A DNA stretch of 64,000 nt from Amoebophrya sp. A120 (lineage: Eukaryota; Protista; Dinoflagellata): assembly GCA_905178155.1 (NCBI GenBank), contig CAJINV010000017.1:240722-304721 (forward strand), read 5' to 3'. A model generated the notes under the pieces. It was not told the origin of the DNA, made no database searches, and saw nothing but the letters and a program-made list of their open reading frames with translations. Numbering within the stretch: position 1 is the stretch's first letter; each line of letters begins with the position of its first letter. The translations under genes and the position numbers were made by a program. Shown piece by piece: positions 61,901-64,000 of this stretch.

Positions 61901-64000
61901 TGTTGCCAGTCTTGCATGACAATGTGTAACTGTAACACTTTTTTCTTGCGATATGGAGGGCTTGATGACGCCGAATTTGGAAAAGGACGTGATTTATCCT
62001 GTGCAAAAGTATCGTATTCGTATAAATGCAAGTCTTGCATCACAAATTTCTTTCTCAAGGTAAATCAGCATTACAAATTTCATTTCTCATGCTGAGAAAA
62101 TTTGTAATGCATTTATACGAGTACGATACTTTTGCAGTTCATATGATTGACATCATTTTCGCGCCCTGCTCGCTCTCCGACGCGGCAACAGGGAGTTTGA
62201 TTGTCGTGCCCCACGACTTGACGACTTTAAGAGAGGCGTTTGATGGCACAAAGGTGAAAAAGCTGACTTGTTTAATTCCCCAGGGGCCAGTCAATTCAGG
62301 CGTCTACTTGCCTCGATTCGCGATTTCGAGACAGATCCTCGCGACAGTCGTTCCTGAGGAGTTTTACGAGACTTTCTTCACGATCAAGATGCCGTCAGAC
62401 GTGAAAAACGTCGTGCCGAGCTACGCGCTGATTGGCGAGGGCTACGACAATCAGTACAAGATTTTGGAGGAGGACTACGAGGGCGAGGAAGTATCCAGTG
62501 CAAAAGTATCGCACTCGTACTAAAAATTGCAGTCTGGCATGACAGATCCGCTTTGCTACTTGAACCTGCATGACAAATTTCATTTTTCTTTCTGGGAAAA
62601 TTTGTCATGCGATTTATACTAAATACGATACTTTTGCAATGCATAGGAAGATTACGAAAACGACTTCGGCTACGCGGACCAGCTCGTCACTGCCTCCGCC
62701 GTGCACGTCGATAACAACGCAAGAACTTTCTCGTCCTTATACGACGAATTATCCGCTAAGGAATCCCAAATCTCCAGCGGTCTCTGCGCGCTCATTCCCG
62801 AGTCAGAAGCCATGTCCACCTCGATCAACAACGAGCAATTCCGGTGGGGAATGGTGTATGATAACGCGGTGTGCACGGGCCCCCGGCCGATCGACTTAAC
62901 CAAAAACGTCTTCCGTTATTCCCCGTCGAAAGACCCATACCGCGATTGGGCGACGTCGAATCTGCGCGTCATCACGATCCGACTGTTCGGGGTGGACACG
63001 ATGACGCCGAAGAGGATCTTGGGTTACAACGCCGACTACACGGTGGAAATGAAGCAGAAAGACACGGATGTAATTTGGTACGACCAGGCGGGCGTCAGCA
63101 AATTGGTTTTCAACGGCAGTAATTTCACGGATGTTGCGACGTTGATCCCAAGTGGGGTGTTCGCCTGTCGCTTTGAAAACTCACTTTTGACAAACGCGAC
63201 CGCTTTGTCCGTTTCCCAAGCGGCTTGCGACATGCCGAAGACCGATTTCTTCCGCGCAAAGGGAAAAATCAAGGTGGATTTAGGGCTGAAGATCGACGAC
63301 GACGCGTTCTACCCAGCGAATGAAGAATCTTTCACGCTGGAAGTGTTGCAGTCGCCGAAAATAACCGCGACAAATCGGTTCATCGTCTACAACACCACGG
63401 CAGACCCGGTACAGCTTATCACAGACGATCAACCCACGATGGACCTGTATGGAAATGCGCACGTGAAGCAAAATCGGTTTTTAACATTGAACCCCTTGAA
63501 ATTGGGCTACAGCTTCATCCTGTACGGGCGGAACTACCCCGCGGCCGAAGATGTTTCTACTGTGCTATGTATCTTCAGGATCGCCGCTGCCGATCCCGTC
63601 AAGGAGTACATCCCGAGCGCGCAGCAACTGTACAAGACGACGGCGGTTTGCTATGCGCAGAAGGTTTGCTACTGTTTGACGCCGAGATTGCACGACAATG
63701 TGATGAAGACGACGACGAAATTGGAGCTGTTTGTGTCGCTCCGGTTTTTGTTTAATTACTACGAACTCACCAATTATCACGACACCAGCGAGTTCCCCGT
63801 GGAAGTGGAGGTATGGCAGACGAATGAGAAAAAAACCACATCTATCAAGTGCAAAAATGTCTGGGTCTGGAAGAATGCATGTTTGTCATGGTTGTCTAGC
63901 ATAACTCTTAAATCTGTCATGCGCGTTACCCAAGAGCTCCATTCTTCTGTGATGCAGAAACGCAGTCTGTCATGCAGAATAGGCAACACCTAGAATCTCA
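40932..64000 (+). CDS. Giant extracellular protein (>6000 aa, 3'-truncated by window): LamG/ConA-like domain, PAN/apple-like Cys motif, many IPT/TIG repeats; 20 introner introns
   Basis: Signal-like MMLFSLAASLVHA at 41661 (frame open from 40932). LamG-like FDGSG…LDDFRF…LHYTFDEGSGNIAVD. IPT-like PKLTNIVPKAGSALGGTRVYLFG, SLTSFYPKSG…ITIYGSNF, PQVNYTFPYLGHTGGDEPIALVGMDF. 19 successive element+5 nt removals keep one frame (~18.0 kb coding from 41661). Confidence 0.87.
41962..42098. mobile_element. Introner, family A
   Basis: TATCCTGTGCAGAGTATCGTACTCGTA … TACGAGTACGATACTTTTGCAATTCATA. Perfect TSD GGAGA. 142 nt. Confidence 0.94.
42255..42515. mobile_element. Introner, family B
   Basis: TATGAAATGCAAAAATGTC…CTGGGTCTGGAAGA and its inverse. 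Perfect TSD GACCC. 266 nt. Confidence 0.94.
46404..46594. mobile_element. Introner, family A (degenerate)
   Basis: TATTGAGGGCAAAAGTAATATCGCACT … AGTGCGAT…ACTTTCTCATCGCATA. Flanks ATTCT/AAGAC. 196 nt restores frame. Confidence 0.75.
47713..47865. mobile_element. Introner, family A
   Basis: TATGATTTGCAAAAGTATCGTACT … AGTACGATACTTCTGCACTGGATA. TSD AATTT/AACTT. 158 nt gives EEFRCTVP. Confidence 0.92.
49987..50336. mobile_element. Introner, family B
   Basis: TATGGATTGCAAAAATGTCTGGGTCTGGAAGA and its inverse. Perfect TSD GGAGG. 355 nt. Internal (CCAA)n tract. Confidence 0.94.
51102..51209. mobile_element. Introner (shortest, 108 bp)
   Basis: TATGCACAGAAAAAAACCCATCCACATCCA … TGGATGTGGATGGTTTTTTTTCTGTGGATA. 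Perfect TSD GGACT. 113 nt. Confidence 0.94.
53655..53934. mobile_element. Introner, family C
   Basis: TATCGCATTTGAAAACGTCCCCACCCCA … TGGGGTGGGGACGTTTTTACATAGGATA. TSD CGCCG/CGCCC. 285 nt. Confidence 0.92.
53964..54113. mobile_element. Introner, family A
   Basis: TATCCTGTGCAAAAGTACCGTA … TACGATACTTTTGCAGTTCATA. Perfect TSD ATGAG. 155 nt. Confidence 0.94.
55845..56123. mobile_element. Introner, family C
   Basis: 30/31-nt TIR TATCCTGAGTAAAAACGTACCCACACCAGAG. Perfect TSD GAACA. 284 nt gives VNILGDNFP. Confidence 0.95.
57062..57323. mobile_element. Introner, family B
   Basis: TATCAAATGCAAAGGTGTCTGGGTCTGGAA and its inverse. Perfect TSD TCCCC. 267 nt. Confidence 0.94.
57387..57691. mobile_element. 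Introner with ~50-nt TIR
   Basis: TATGGGAG…ATCGAAATCGACAAAATCGAAAAATTTGTGATGC and its inverse. Perfect TSD AACGC. 310 nt. Confidence 0.93.
57959..58170. mobile_element. Introner, family D
   Basis: TATCCCACGAAAAAAGTGTTACAGTTACACATT and its inverse. Perfect TSD GCACG. 217 nt. Confidence 0.94.
58803..58953. mobile_element. Introner, in frame and stop-free
   Basis: TATGCAATACAAATTTCCCGTACATGTACAA … TTGTACGTGTACGGGAAATTTACAGTGGATA. Perfect TSD CCTAT. 156 nt. Confidence 0.92.
59224..59363. mobile_element. Introner (degenerate)
   Basis: TAT…AAAAAGACCC…CCCGTCCAA vs TTGGATGGG…GGGTCCTCTTTT…ATA. Flanks CAATT/CAACC. 145 nt. Confidence 0.82.
59522..59801. mobile_element. Introner, family C
   Basis: TATCCTGTGTAAAAACGTCCCCACACCA and its inverse. 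Perfect TSD GGGGA. 285 nt. Interior closely resembles 53655-53934. Confidence 0.94.
59859..60143. mobile_element. Introner, family C (opposite orientation to 59522)
   Basis: TATCCTGAGCAAAAACGTCCCC … GGGGACGTTTTTACACAGGATA. Perfect TSD ATTCC. 290 nt. Interior resembles 55845-56123. Confidence 0.94.
61743..61953. mobile_element. Introner, family D
   Basis: TATCACGAGAAAAAAGTGTTACAGTTACACATT and its inverse. Perfect TSD TGGAG. 216 nt. Confidence 0.94.
61995..62143. mobile_element. Introner, family A
   Basis: TATCCTGTGCAAAAGTATCGTATTCGTATAAATGCA and its inverse. Perfect TSD TGATT. 154 nt. Confidence 0.94.
62492..62645. mobile_element. Introner, family A
   Basis: TATCCAGTGCAAAAGTATCG … CGATACTTTTGCAATGCATA. 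Perfect TSD GGAAG. 159 nt. Confidence 0.94.
63843..64000. mobile_element. Introner, family B, left part only
   Basis: Left TIR TATCAAGTGCAAAAATGTCTGGGTCTGGAAGAA after ACATC. Right end lies outside the window. Confidence 0.85.

Overview
Eukaryotic genomic DNA with every supportable gene on the + strand. The intron style suggests a syndinian dinoflagellate such as Amoebophrya (inference). (1) At 0.3-6.3 kb is a GC-rich Helitron-type Rep/PIF1-helicase gene with one +1 frameshift, preceded by a small gene ending in the same C-terminal motif. (2) Host genes follow: a coiled-coil protein, a membrane alpha/beta hydrolase, two DUF285 surface-repeat proteins, a DUF674/SPRY-like protein, a low-complexity protein, and a >6000-aa LamG + IPT/TIG protein that runs off the window. 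(3) The dominant signal is 38 short (108-363 bp) insertions with terminal inverted repeats (TIRs) beginning TAT and ending ATA, flanked by 5-bp target-site duplications (TSDs); 20 TSDs are perfect and one element is cut by the window edge. For all 36 complete copies inside coding sequence, removing the element plus 5 nt restores the reading frame, so they behave as non-canonical introner introns. Diverged TSD copies inside conserved DUF285 repeats place the junction after base 4 of the TSD. Unrelated TIR families share an internal TTGT(A/C/G)ATGC motif and occur in both orientations. Two further interruptions appear to derive from duplicated exon ends. All splicing is inferred from DNA alone.
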